Source: Squalus acanthias (Eukaryota). Taken from it: 64,000 bases of DNA. This document shows positions 48,484-59,898 of the stretch, piece by piece. The position numbers and the translations under genes were made by a program. Numbering within the stretch: position 1 is the first letter of the stretch; every line of letters starts with the position of its first letter. Below the pieces are notes generated by a model. The model was not told the DNA's origin. It worked only from the letters and a program-made list of their open reading frames with translations, and searched no databases. Location of the stretch: contig JASTWF010000329.1 of NCBI GenBank assembly GCA_030390025.1, positions 248,001-312,000 of the forward strand, read 5' to 3'.

Positions 48484-50260
48484 AAGAACATAAGAATTAG
48501 GAGCAGGAGTCGGCCATACGGCCCCTCGAGCCTGCTCCGCCATTCAATAAGATCATGGCTGATCATCGACCTCAACACCACTTTCCCACCCGATCTCCAT
48601 ATCCCTTGATTCCCCTAGAGTCCAAAAATCCATCTATCTCAGCCTTGAATATACTCAAAGACTGAACATTCACAGCCCTCTGGGGCAGAGAATTCCAAAG
48701 ATTCACAACCCTCTGAGTGAAGAAATTCCTCCTCATCTCAGTCTTAAATGGCCGACCCCTTATCCTGAGACTATGCCCCCCAGTTCTAGACACTCCAGCC
48801 AGGGGAAACAACCTCTCAGCATCTACCCTGTCAATCCCCTTCAGAATCTTGTATGTTTCAATGAGATCACCTCTCATTCTTCTAAACTCCAGAGAGTATC
48901 GGCCCATTCTACACAATCTCTCATCATAGGACAGCCCTCTCATCCCAGGAATCAATCTCGTGAACCTTCGTTGCACCCTCTCTAAGGCATGTATATCCTT
49001 CCTTAGATAAGGAGACCAAAACTGTGCACAGTACTCCAGGTGTGGTCTCACCAAGGCCCTGTACAATTGTAGCAAGCCTTCCTTACTCTTATACTCCAAC
49101 CCGCTTGCAATAAAGGCCAACATGCCATTTGCCTTCCTTATTGCTTGCTGTACCTGCATGCTAGCTTTCTGTGTTTCTTGCACGAGGACACCCAAATCTC
49201 TCTGAACACCAACATTTGAAAGTTTCTCACCATTTAAAAATTATTCTGTTTTTCTATTCTTCCGACCAAAGTGAATAACCTCACATTTCCCTACATTATA
49301 CTCCATCTGCCACCTTACTGCCCACTCATTTAGTCTATCTATATCCCTTTGCAGACTCTTTGTGTTCTCCTCACAGCTTACTGTCCCACCTAGCTTTGTA
49401 TCATCAGCAAACTTGGATACATTACACTCGGTCCCTTCATCTAGGTCATTAATATAGATTGTAAATAGCTGAGGCCCAACACTGATCCTTGCGGTACCCC
49501 ACTAGTTACAGCCTGCCAACCTGAAAAAGATCCGTTTATCCCTACTCCCTGTTTTTTGTCCGTTAACCAATCCTCTATCCATGCTGCTATATTACCCCCA
49601 ACCCCATGAGCCCTAATCTTGTGTAATAACCTTTCATGTGGCACCTCATCGAATGCCTTTTAGAAATCCAAATATACTACATCCACTGGCTCCCCTTTAT
49701 CTATCCTGCTAGTTACATCCTCAAAAAACTCTAATAAATTTGTTAAACACGATTGACCTTATAAAACCACTCTGCCTAATCATGTTATTATTTTCTCAGT
49801 GTCCTGTTACCACTTCCTTAACAGTGGATTCCAGCATTTTCCCGACGACTGATGTCAGGTTAACTGGCCTGTCGTTCCCTGTTTTCTCTCTCCCTCCTTT
49901 CTTGTATAGCGGTGTTACATTTGCTACCTTCCAATCCGCTGGGACCATTCCAGAATCTAGGGAATTTTGGAAGATCAAAACCAATGCATCCACTATCTCT
50001 GCAGCCACCTCTTTTAGAACCCTCAGATGTAGGCCGTCAGGTCATTGGGATTTGTCGGATTTTAGTCCCATTAGTTTCTCTAGTACTTTTTCTCTACTGA
50101 TATTAATGACGTTAAGTTCCTCCCCCTCATTAGACCCTTGGTTCCCCACTATTTTTGGTCTGCTTTTTGTGTCTTCTACTGTGAAGACAGATACAAAATA
50201 TTTGTTTAACGTTTCTGCCATTTCCTTATTCCCCATAATAATTCCTCCTGTCTCAGCCTC
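48484..50260 (-). mobile_element. Degenerate CR1 LINE RT and 3' UTR
   Basis: ORF pieces 50042..50236, 49796..50008, 49441..49644, 48572..49195; AAGAACATAAGA tail. Confidence 0.95.
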
Positions 50261-50345
50261 TGATCGATTGAATCCCTTTCCACATACAGAGCAGTGAACG
50301 GATTCTCCCCATTACGAACATGCTGGTGTGTCAGTAGGTGAGATG
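50261..50345 (-). pseudogene. Orphan single-finger fragment of a type C-like ZNF
   Basis: TGATCGATTGAATCCCTTTCCACATACAGA...GGTGAGATG aligns with 60178-60262. Confidence 0.7.
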
Positions 50346-50392
50346 GGGCAGGCTCGAGGGGCCGTATGGCCGACTCCTGCTCCTGATCCTGA

Positions 50393-51212
50393 TCATAGAA
50401 TCAGAGACATTCACGGCACGGAAGGAGGCCATTTCGGCCCATCGTGTCCGCGCCGGCCGACAAAGAGCCATCCGGCCTAGTCCCACTTCCCAGCTCTTGG
50501 TCCGTAGCCTTGTAGGTTACGGCTATCCAGCCTAGTCCCACTTCCCAGCTCTTGGTCCGTAGCCCTGTAGGTTACGGCTCTCCAGCCTAATCCCACTTCC
50601 CAGCTCTTGGTCCGTAGCCCTGTAGGTTACGGCTCTCCAGCCTAGTCCCACTTCCCAGCTCTTGGTCCGTAGCCCTGTGGGTTACGGCTCTCCGGCCTAG
50701 TCCCACTTCCCAGCTCTTGGTCCGTAGCCCTGTGGGTTACGGCTCTTCAAGTGTACATCCAAGCACTTTTTAAATGTGATGAGAGTTTCTGCCTCTACCA
50801 CCCTTTCAGGCAGTGGGTTCCAGACCCCCACCACCCTGTGGGTGAAGAAATTTCCCCTCAAATCTCCTCTAAATCTTCGACCAATTACTTTAAATCTGTG
50901 CCCCCTGGTTATTGATCCCTCTGCTAAGGGAAATAGGTCCTTCCTATCCACTCTATCTGGGCCCCTCATAATTTTATACACCTCAATAAGGTCTCCCCTC
51001 AGCCTCCTCTGTTCCAAAGGAAACAACCCCAGCCTATCCAATCTTTCCTCATAGCTAAAATTCCCAAGCCCAGGCAACATCCTCGTAAATCTCCTCTGCA
51101 CCCTCTCCAGTGCAATCACATCCTTCCTGTAATGTGGTGACCAGAACTGCACGCAGTACTTTAGCTGTGGCTGAACTAGTGTTTTATACAATTCAAGCAG
51201 AACCTCCCTGCT
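50393..51212 (-). mobile_element. CR1 3' fragment with an internal 55-bp tandem amplification
   Basis: ORF 50697..51191; 3' UTR GATGGGCCGAAATGGCCTCC on the minus strand. Confidence 0.92.
50476..50748. repeat. 55-bp tandem repeat, 5 copies, from the CR1 ORF2 stop region
   Basis: CCTAGTCCCACTTCCCAGCTCTTGGTCCGTAGCCCTGTAGGTTACGGCTCTCCAG at 50476, 50531, 50586, 50641, 50696. Confidence 0.95.
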
Positions 51213-51397
51213 CTGAAAGGGTGGTGGAGGCAGAGACCCTCATCACAGTTATAAAGTACTTGGATATACACTTGAAGGCTGCGGACCAAGTGCTGGAAAG
51301 TGGGATTAGGCCGGATCGCTCTTTGTCGGTCGGCACGGACACGATGGGCCGATCGGCCTCTTTCTGTGCTGTAAATTTCTCTGATTCGATGATTCTT
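51213..51397 (+). mobile_element. Short CR1 3' end, inverted relative to the adjacent element
   Basis: ERVVEAETLIT..., GATGGGCCGATCGGCCTC, TCTGATTCGATGATTC tail. Confidence 0.82.
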
Positions 51398-52489
51398 TAC
51401 ACAGAGAGTTGTGAGGCTGTGGAATTCACTTCCAGGGTCAGAGGTTGGGGGTCAAAGTTCTGTGGTGACAAGTGGTCCTCGTGTTTTTATCCCAGACAGG
51501 CCTCGGCCCAGTCACTTGCTCCAAATGTTGCTGCAAAGGTTCAAGCTCAGAGGTGCCGGGGATCGGGAGCAGCAGGAGCTGGAAATCAAATCCAAATGTA
51601 AGGAAATACCGATATAGATTATCTTCATCTATTTCTAGTTTAATAACTCTTGCTGACTGCGGCCCTCGCCAAGTGTCAGGATATCGGGTCAGGCCCACCT
51701 TGGATAATGTGTCTGACTCCCTTGTATTGTACCAGCAGTTAACAGGCTCCTGTGAACTCCTCCCTCTGATATTTTAATGCAGACTTTAACCAATTTATTT
51801 TAAACGGGTTTATTTTAAATGAGCTAACACCTGCCTTAAAATGGTAGACTCAGGACTGTCTCACACACACATATTAAATCTTCATGGAATAATTACCAGT
51901 CATTTTTAGACTGGAAACTTAACCCTGCCGTTTCACTTTCAGTCAGGAACAGATCGCAGTTTGACACCAATCTCTGATTTGACAGCACGTTTCCAGCATT
52001 CACCGTTGTTCTTCCTGACTCTAAACACAGTTGTAAAGGAGCCTTCTGTTCCGTGCCCAGGAGCTCAGACCCATGGAAGAGAGCGGCTGGGACACATTCC
52101 TTACAGGCCTCAAGATTAACCTGCACGGGGACTTTGCTGTCAGTGAGGAGAGACGAGAAAGACCAAAGTGCCGTTTGCCCCTCTCAGTGTGGCCCTGAAG
52201 GACTGTGTCCAGGCTGTAGTTCTGTTCCCGCCGTACGATCCTCCCCCCAGATTGTCCTTTCTGAGCTCCAGCCAGGTGATGCTAAACACTCAGGTGGGAA
52301 CGTCAAAAATCTACAACAATGTGATAAAGCTAATCTGATTTATTTGATCTATATCCAGAATATTAAACTCCAGCCCAGTTACAGGGGTTATTAACATCAA
52401 CAGAAACAAACCCCAACTGTCAGTGTGAACACAATTCAGTCCTGGATGTGATTAACAGCAGCAATAACAGCAGAATCCAACCCCTGCAG

Positions 52490-53527
52490 TCATTTGTGAA
52501 CTCGCTGGTGTTTCAGCAGGTGGGATGACTGAGCGAATCCCTTCCCACACACGGAGCAGGTGAACGGCCTCTCCCCAGTGTGAACTCGCTGGTGTTTCAG
52601 CAGGTGGGATGACTGAGTGAATTCCTTCCCACACACGGAGCAGGTGAACGGCCTCTCCCCAGTGTGAACTCTCTGGTGTAGCAGCAGGTTGGATGAATCA
52701 GTGAATCCTTTCCCACACTCGGAGCAGGTGAACGGTCTCTCCCCGGTGTGAACTCGCTGGTGTTTCAGCAGGTTGGATGAATCAGTGAATCCCTTCCCAC
52801 ACACAGAGCAGGTGAACGGCCTCTCCCCAGTGTGAACTCGCTGGTGTGTCAGCAGGTGGGATGAACGAGTAAATCCCTCCCCACATTCTGAGCAGGTGAA
52901 CGGCCTCTCCCCAGTGTGAACTCGCTGGTGCATTAGCAGGTGGGATGACTGACTGAATCCCTTCCCACACTCGGAGCAGGTGATCGGCCTCTCCCCAGTG
53001 TGAACTCGCTGGTGTCTCAGCAGATGGCATGAACGAGTGAATCCCTTCCCACACTCAGAGCAGGTGAACGGCCTCTCCCCGGTGTGAGTGCGCTGGTGTA
53101 CAGTGAGGTCAGATGATCGCCTGAACCCAGTCCCGCAGTGAGAGCACCTGAACGGTCTCTCGTCGGTGTGAACACGTTGATGGCGCGTCAGTTCCCCGGA
53201 ACTTTTATAGCACTTCCCGCAGTCCGGGCATTTAAAAGGTTTGTCATCAGTGTGAACTCGCTGGTGTTGCAGCAAGTTGGATGAATCAGTGAATCCCTTC
53301 CCACACTCAGTGCAGGTGAACGGTCTCTCTCCGGTGTGAACTCGCTGGTGTGTCACCAGGCTGGATGAACGCCTGAATCTCTTCCCACACTCAGAGCATG
53401 TGAATGTCCTCTCCCCGGTGTGACTGTGCTTATGTCTCGACAGGCCAGAGGATCGGCTGAAGCCTCGTCCACACACAGAACACGTGTACGGTTTCTCCCC
53501 GCTCTGAACGGTGCTTTCTGCTTCCAT
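52490..53527 (-). CDS. Tandem C2H2 zinc-finger protein, type B (B4), 345 aa, 12 fingers
   Basis: ATG at 53527 (MEAESTVQ) open to HK-TGA; acceptor TTTTACAG|G at 53622/53621. Confidence 0.86.
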   Translation of the reverse strand: MEAESTVQSGEKPYTCSVCGRGFSRSSGLSRHKHSHTGERTFTCSECGKRFRRSSSLVTHQRVHTGERPFTCTECGKGFTDSSNLLQHQRVHTDDKPFKCPDCGKCYKSSGELTRHQRVHTDERPFRCSHCGTGFRRSSDLTVHQRTHTGERPFTCSECGKGFTRSCHLLRHQRVHTGERPITCSECGKGFSQSSHLLMHQRVHTGERPFTCSECGEGFTRSSHLLTHQRVHTGERPFTCSVCGKGFTDSSNLLKHQRVHTGERPFTCSECGKGFTDSSNLLLHQRVHTGERPFTCSVCGKEFTQSSHLLKHQRVHTGERPFTCSVCGKGFAQSSHLLKHQRVHK

Positions 53528-53928
53528 GTTCAAAGGTCCTGATGAATTGAGTGACTCTGTCAGATCTTGAAGTGATGTTTGGTTTGAGCTTCCCGTCTGC
53601 AAATCCTCCCCTTCGAACAGCCTGTAAAATGAATTTAAAACAGGAAAAAGGGAGGGTGAGAGAGAACCCACAAAAACGCAAAGGCAGGTTGTGAAATTGA
53701 GCTGAATGAATCTGGGAATTTGTGGGGCTGGCACTAGAAAAAAGTGACCATGAAAGCTGCCGGATTGTCGAAAAAACCCAACTGGTTCACTAATGTCCTT
53801 CAGGGAAGGGAACCCGCCACCCGGTCTGGGCCTACACAAGACTCTGGCCTCTATGGGAGGAGAGAGAGCGAGGTGGGAGGGGGAGGGGTGAAGGAGAGCG
53901 ACTTTATACATCTGCAACTCGACGAGAA

Positions 53929-54245
53929 CTTTGACAGCACCACCCAAACACGCGACCTCCACCACCTAGAAGGACAAGGGCAGCAGGTGCATGGGAACAC
54001 CATCACCTCCCAGTTCCCCTCCAAGTCACACACTATCCTGACTTGGGCATATATCGCCGTTCCTACATCGTCACTGGGTGAAAATCCTGGAACTCCTCAC
54101 CTAACAGCATTCAGAGAGTACCTTCACCACACGGACCGCAGAGGTTCAAGAAGAAGGCCCAGCATCACCTTCTGAACGGGCAACTGGGGACTGGCAATAT
54201 AGGCTGGCCTTGCTAGTGACACCCACATTGAATGAATTAAAAAAA
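53929..54245 (+). mobile_element. 3' end of CR1-group LINE in the B4 intron
   Basis: Paralog of 31678-31995. Confidence 0.8.
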
Positions 54246-54690
54246 TCTGTATATATAAAATGGATTGAAAGCCTCTACAGAAATACTTGCTCCAAAAACG
54301 ATAATCTTTTACACTGTACGGACAGGGTCTGTTTAGCAACTTAATCTCCCCTAGGATCCACCTCCCTTCACAGTCCCACATTGGAAATTGTTGGGTCCCA
54401 CTGGGCTCAGAAGTACTGGGGGTTAAACCCAGCAGCTTCTCCCCCCTCTCCACTCCAGCTCAAACTGATGCAACAAGAAAGCCCTACCCAGGAGTCCAGG
54501 GACCGAGTACCACATCCACCGCCCACCCTGGTGCTAACCGGCTCTGAATTGCTCCCTCTGCTGTGTCAATGCAAGTTGTTGTGTTTCTTGTCTGGGGGAG
54601 GTGCTGCACCCTGGGGTTAATGGTGCCGGGGCCCTGGCCGCACGTCCGCCGGCTCTGACTCGGGGCCTGAGACCCGCACTCGGTGTTGCT

Positions 54691-56516
54691 GAGGGATTCC
54701 CACCCTGGGACTGTACATGGGGATTCTAACCCTGGGACTGTACATGGGGATTCTAACCCTGGGACTGTACATGGGGATTCTAACCCTGGGACTGTACATG
54801 GGGATTCTAACCCTGGGACTGTACATGGGGATTCTAACCCTGGGACTGTACATGGGGATTCTAACCCTGGGACTGTACATGGGGATTCTAACCCTGGGAC
54901 TGTACATGAAGATTCTAACCCTGGGACTGTACATGGGGATTCCAACCCTGGGACTGTACATGGGGATTCCAACCCTGGGACTGTACATGGGGATTCTAAC
55001 CCTGGGACTGCTTCCAACCCTGGGAGTGTAAAAGGAGATTCCAACCCTGGGACTGTACATGGGGATTCTAACCCTGGGACTGTACATGGGGATTCTAACC
55101 CTGGGACTGTACATGGGGCTTCCAACCCTGGGACTGTACATGGGGATTCTAACCCTGGGTCTGTACATGGGGATTCCAACCCTGGGACTGTACCTGGGGA
55201 TTCTAACCCTGGGACTGTACATGGGGATTCCAATCCTGGGACTGTACAGGGGGATTCTAACCCTGGGACTGTACATGGGGATTCTAACCCTGGGACTGTA
55301 CATGGGGATTCCAACCCTGGGACTGTACATGGGGCTTCCAACCCTGGGACTGTACAAGGGGAATCTAACCCTGGGACTGTACATGGGGCTTCCAACCCTG
55401 GGACTGTACATGGGGATTCTAACCCTGGGACTGTACCTGGGGATTCTAACCCTGGGACTGTACATGAGGATTCTAACCCTGGGACTGTACATGGGGATTC
55501 CAACCCTGGGACTGTACATGGGGATTCTAACCCTGGGACTGTACATGGGGTTCTAACCCTGGGACTATACATGGAGCTTCCAACCCTGGGAGTGTACATG
55601 GGGATTCCAACCCTGGGACTGTACATGGGGATTCTAACCCTGGGACTGTACATGGTGATTCTAACCCTGCGACTGTACATGGGGCTTCCAACCCTGGGAG
55701 TGTAAAAGGAGATTCCAACCCTGGGACTGTACATGGGGATTCTAACCCTGGGACTGTACATGGGGATTCTAACCCTGGGACTGTACATGGGGCTTCCAAC
55801 CCTGGGACTGTACATGGGGATTCTAACCCTGGGTCTGTACATGGGGATTCCAACCCTGGGACTGTACCTGGGGATTCTAACCCTGGGACTGTACATGGGG
55901 ATTCCAATCCTGGGACTGTACAGGGGGATTCTAACCCTGGGACTGTACATGGGGATTCTAACCCTGGGACTGTACATGGGGATTCCAACCCTGGGACTGT
56001 ACATGGGGCTTCCAACCCTGGGACTGTACATGGGGATTCCAACCCTGGGACTGTACATGGGGATTCCAACCCTGGGACTGTACATGGGGATTCTAACCCT
56101 GGGACTGTACATGGGGATTCTAACCCTGGGACTGCACATGGGGATTCTAACCCTGGGACTGTACATGGGGATTCCAACCCTGGGACTGTACATGGGCTTC
56201 CAACCCTGGGACTGTACAAGGGGGATTCTAACCCTGGGACTGTACATGGGGCTTCCAACCCTGGACTGCACATGGGGATTCTAACCCTGGGACTGTACAC
56301 GGGGATTCTAACCCTGGGACTGTACATGGGGCTTCCAACCCTGGGACTGCACATGGGGATTCTAACCCTGGGACTGTACCTGGGGATTCTAACCCTGGGA
56401 CTGTACATGGGGATTCCAACCCTGGGACTGTACATGGGGATTCCAACCCTGGGACTGTACATGGGGATTCTAACCCTGGGACTGTACATGGGGATTCTAA
56501 CCCTGGGACTGTACAA
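54691..56516. repeat. 27-bp minisatellite, ~67 copies
   Basis: Same unit as 32441-33465; variant GGAGTGTAAAAGGAGATT recurs at ~55023 and ~55697, indicating internal block duplication. Confidence 0.98.
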
Positions 56517-56640
56517 GTGGGGCCCAGCTCTGGGGCTCTTCTGTTACAATTGTGTGGGATCATACTCATATGCTCTGCTTTTACCAGCGCCTTCAGGAGA
56601 GATAGTGAAGAATCCGAAGTGTGGAGTGTTTGAATCAAAT

Positions 56641-58180
56641 ACCAGATGGTTTGCATCCAGGTTGCTAAGTATTGGGGAACGAGATAGCGGAAGGGCTTGC
56701 CATAATTTTCCAAATTTCCCGAGATGTGGCGGAGGTGCCTGAGGATTGGTATGTGGCAAATGTGACACCATTGTTCAAGAAATGGTGTAAGGAAAATCCA
56801 AGTAACTACAGGCCAGTCTGTTTAACATCAGTGGTAGGTAAAATATTTAGACATAATAATCAAGGAAAAAAATGAACGGGCATTTGGAGAGGTTTAAGCT
56901 AATTAAGGAAAGCCAACATGGGTATGTAAAAGGCAGATCGTGTTTGACTAATTGAATTGAATTTTTTGATGAAGTAACAGAGAGGATTGATGAAAGGAAT
57001 GCAATGGATGTTGTTTACATGGATTTTTGGAAGGCGTTTGACAAAGTACCACATAGAAGGCTGGTTAACAAAATTGAGGCTTATGGAATAGGTGGGTCAG
57101 TGACAGCTTGGATAAGGAATTGGCTTAAGGACAGAAAACAGCGAGTTGTGGTAAATGGCTGTTTTTCAGACTGGAGGATGGTGGACAGTGGTGTTCCCCA
57201 AGGGTCAGTGCTGGGGCCACTGCTTTTTTTGATATATATAAATGACCTGGATATTGGAATACAGAGTAGAATTTCTAAATTGGCCGATGACACCAAACCT
57301 GGGGGTGTGGCAAACAGTGATGATGATATCAATCGACTGCAACAGGACATAGAAAGGCTAGCAGAATGGGCAGACAAGTGGCAGATGGAATTTAATACAG
57401 AGAAGTGTGAGGTGATGCATTTTGGCAGAAGGAACAGGGAGAGGCAATGTACACTTAATGGTACAGTTTTAAAGAGTGTGCAGGGACAGAGGGACCTGGG
57501 AGTTAATGTGCATAGGTCCCTGAAGGTGGCAGGACATATTGAGAGAGTGGTTAACAAAGCATATGGGATCTTGGGCTTCATAAATAGAGGTATTGAGTAC
57601 AAAAGTAGAGAAGTTATGCTGAACCTTTATAAAGCACTGGTTAGGCCACAACTGGAGTATTGCATCCAGTTCTGCTCACCACACTTTAGAAAGGATGTGA
57701 AGACCCTTGAGAGGGTGCAGAGGAGATTTACCAGAATGGTTCCAGGGATGGGGGATCTTAGCTACAAGGACAGGTTGGAGAAGCTGGATTTGTTTTCATT
57801 ACAGCAAAGGAGGTTGAGGGGTGATTTGATAAAGGTGTACGAGATTATGCCGGGTTTGGATAAGCTAGACGGGGAAAGGCTGTTCCCACTAGTTGATGGT
57901 ACAAGGACTAGGGATAATGATTTAGGTTTTGGGCGAGAGATACAGGGGGGATGTGAGGAAATACTTTTTATGCAGCGAGTGGTGATGACCTGGAACTCGC
58001 TGCCGACGGGAGTGGTGGAAACGGAGACACTTAATGTTTTCAAGGGGAGACTGGATAGGCACTTGAGGGAAATAAACTTGCAGGGCTACGGGGAGAGAGC
58101 GGGAGAATGGGACTGACTGGATTGCTCTACAGAGAGCCGGCACGGACTTGATGGGCCGAATCGCCTCCTTCTGTGCCGCT
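56641..58180 (+). mobile_element. 5'-truncated CR1 LINE (RT and 3' UTR)
   Basis: ORFs 56672..56875 and 57004..58116: [30 protein letters not shown]. Confidence 0.95.
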
Positions 58181-58272
58181 ATTCAGGTCCTGATGAATGG
58201 AGTGACTCTGTCAGATCTTGAACTGATGTTTGGTTTGAGTTTCCTGTCTGTAAATCCTCCCCTTCGAACAGC
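58180..58272 (-). pseudogene. Type A ZNF exon remnant (A3): acceptor and leader only, fingers lost
   Basis: CTCCTTTTACAG|GCTGTTCGAAGGGGAGGATTTACAGACAGGAAACTCAAACC...GGACCTGAAT runs directly into the CR1 3' end. Confidence 0.8.
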
Positions 58273-58452
58273 CTGTAAAAGGAGTTTACAAAAGACATCA
58301 CTAAGTAGAGGATAGAAATTCAGAACAGACAATTCTAGTTTCTATGGAACATTCTTTCCTCTCTTGTTCCCCCAAAGCTGTAAATCTCCGTCCAACACAC
58401 TCTCCCTCCTCCCTGTGCTGAAATCCAAACCCATCGCACCATCTCCAACACA

Positions 58453-59310
58453 CTGAAGGTGCTGACTCTGGCTGGGTTCAGTTCTACACTCACTGGGTCC
58501 CCTCCCTCTCCTCCCCTGAAGGTGCTGACTCTGGCTGGGTTCAGTTCTACACTCACTGGTTCCCCTCCCTCTCCTCCCCTGAAGGTGCTGACTCTGGCTG
58601 GGTTCAGTTCTACACTCACTGGTTCCCCTCCCTCTCCTCCCCTGAAGGTGCTGACTCTGGCTGGGTTCAGTTCTACACTCACTGGTTCCCCTCCCTCTCC
58701 TCCCCTGAAGGTGCTGACTCCGGCTATGTTCAGTTCCACACTCAATGGTTTCCCTCCCTCTCCTGGCCTGTAGGTGCTGACTCTGGCTGGGTTCAGTTCT
58801 ACACTCACTGGTTCCCCTCCCTCTCCTCCCCTGAAGGTGCTGACTCTGGCTGGGTTCAGTTCCAAACTCACTGGTTCCCCTCCCTCTCCTCCCCTGAAGG
58901 TGCTGACTCTGGCTGGGTTCAGTTCTACACTCACTGGTTCCCCTCCCTCTCCTCTCCTGAAGGTGCTGACTCTGGCTGGGTTCAGTTCCAAACTCACTGG
59001 TTCCCCTCCCTCTCCTCCCCTGAAGGTGCTGACTCAGGCTGGGTTCAGTTCTACACTCACTGGTTCCCCTCCCTCTCCTCCCCTGAAGGTGCTGACTCTG
59101 GCTGGGTTCAGTTCTACACTCACTGGTTCCCCTCCCTCTCCTCCCCTGAAGGTGCTGACTCTGGCTGGGTTCAGTTCTACACTCACTGGTTCCCCTCCCT
59201 CTCCTCCCCTGAAGGTGCTGACTCTGGCTGGGTTCAGTTCTACACTCACTGGTTCCCCTCCCTCTCCTCCCCTGAAGGTGCTGACTCTGGCTGGGTTCAG
59301 TTCACTCACT
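58453..59310. repeat. 63-bp minisatellite, ~13-14 copies (inverted relative to 358-1078)
   Basis: Same unit, reverse complement. Confidence 0.97.
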
Positions 59311-59740
59311 GGGACCCTGCAGCCACGTCCCCTAGTGGCTACTTTACAAAGATGGCCACGCATGCGCTCTACCGCTCGATGAAGCAAAATGGCGATGCAA
59401 TAACCCACAGCGCTTCTTTACAAAGATGGCCGCCGTTAACCCGGGCCTGTTCCCGGGAAAAAGCCTCCGAGCTGCAAACGCGGAACCCGTAGGTTCTCAT
59501 TCGGGGCTTGCGGCCTATGCCAGGTGCTTATGAAGCTCACCCGCCGGGTACGTTACCTCCCTGCGCCCCCTGATTCGTAATCGGCGCAAAAATTGCGACT
59601 CCGACCTTTCAGCGCTTCCGCACTCGCCCGGCTCTGATCACAGTGACACTGCGCATGCTCCAAATACAGGCGTGCACTGCGCCTGCGCACTGGGCTCCTC
59701 CACTGAGAATGGGGCACATTCTCCCCCGCGGGGCATGCTG
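59311..59740 (-). promoter_or_regulatory. CpG-island promoter, type A (A3)
   Basis: Reverse homolog of 38355-38732; AAAGATGGCCGCC (YY1), CGCATGCGC, donor GG|GTGAGC at ~59540. Confidence 0.68.
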
Positions 59741-59898
59741 GGGAACATTGAAAGCCCCAATTAGTGAATGGAGAATGAGTTTCTGTGATCCCATTGAGAG
59801 AGAATTCATCAATAATTCACACAGAAACCCAAGTGCACGGGCACTCTGCCATGGTTCAGTCCTGGATGTGATTAATAACAGAATCCAAACCCCTGCAG

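Noticed and set aside
53528..53965. 146-aa N-terminal extension of B4 (MVEVACLGG...), with similar ORFs in the other type B copies
   Set aside because: Starts at a GTG inside an antisense LINE fragment, runs through a polypyrimidine tract and acceptor, and is cut by stops or frameshifts before the fingers in B1, B2 and B3
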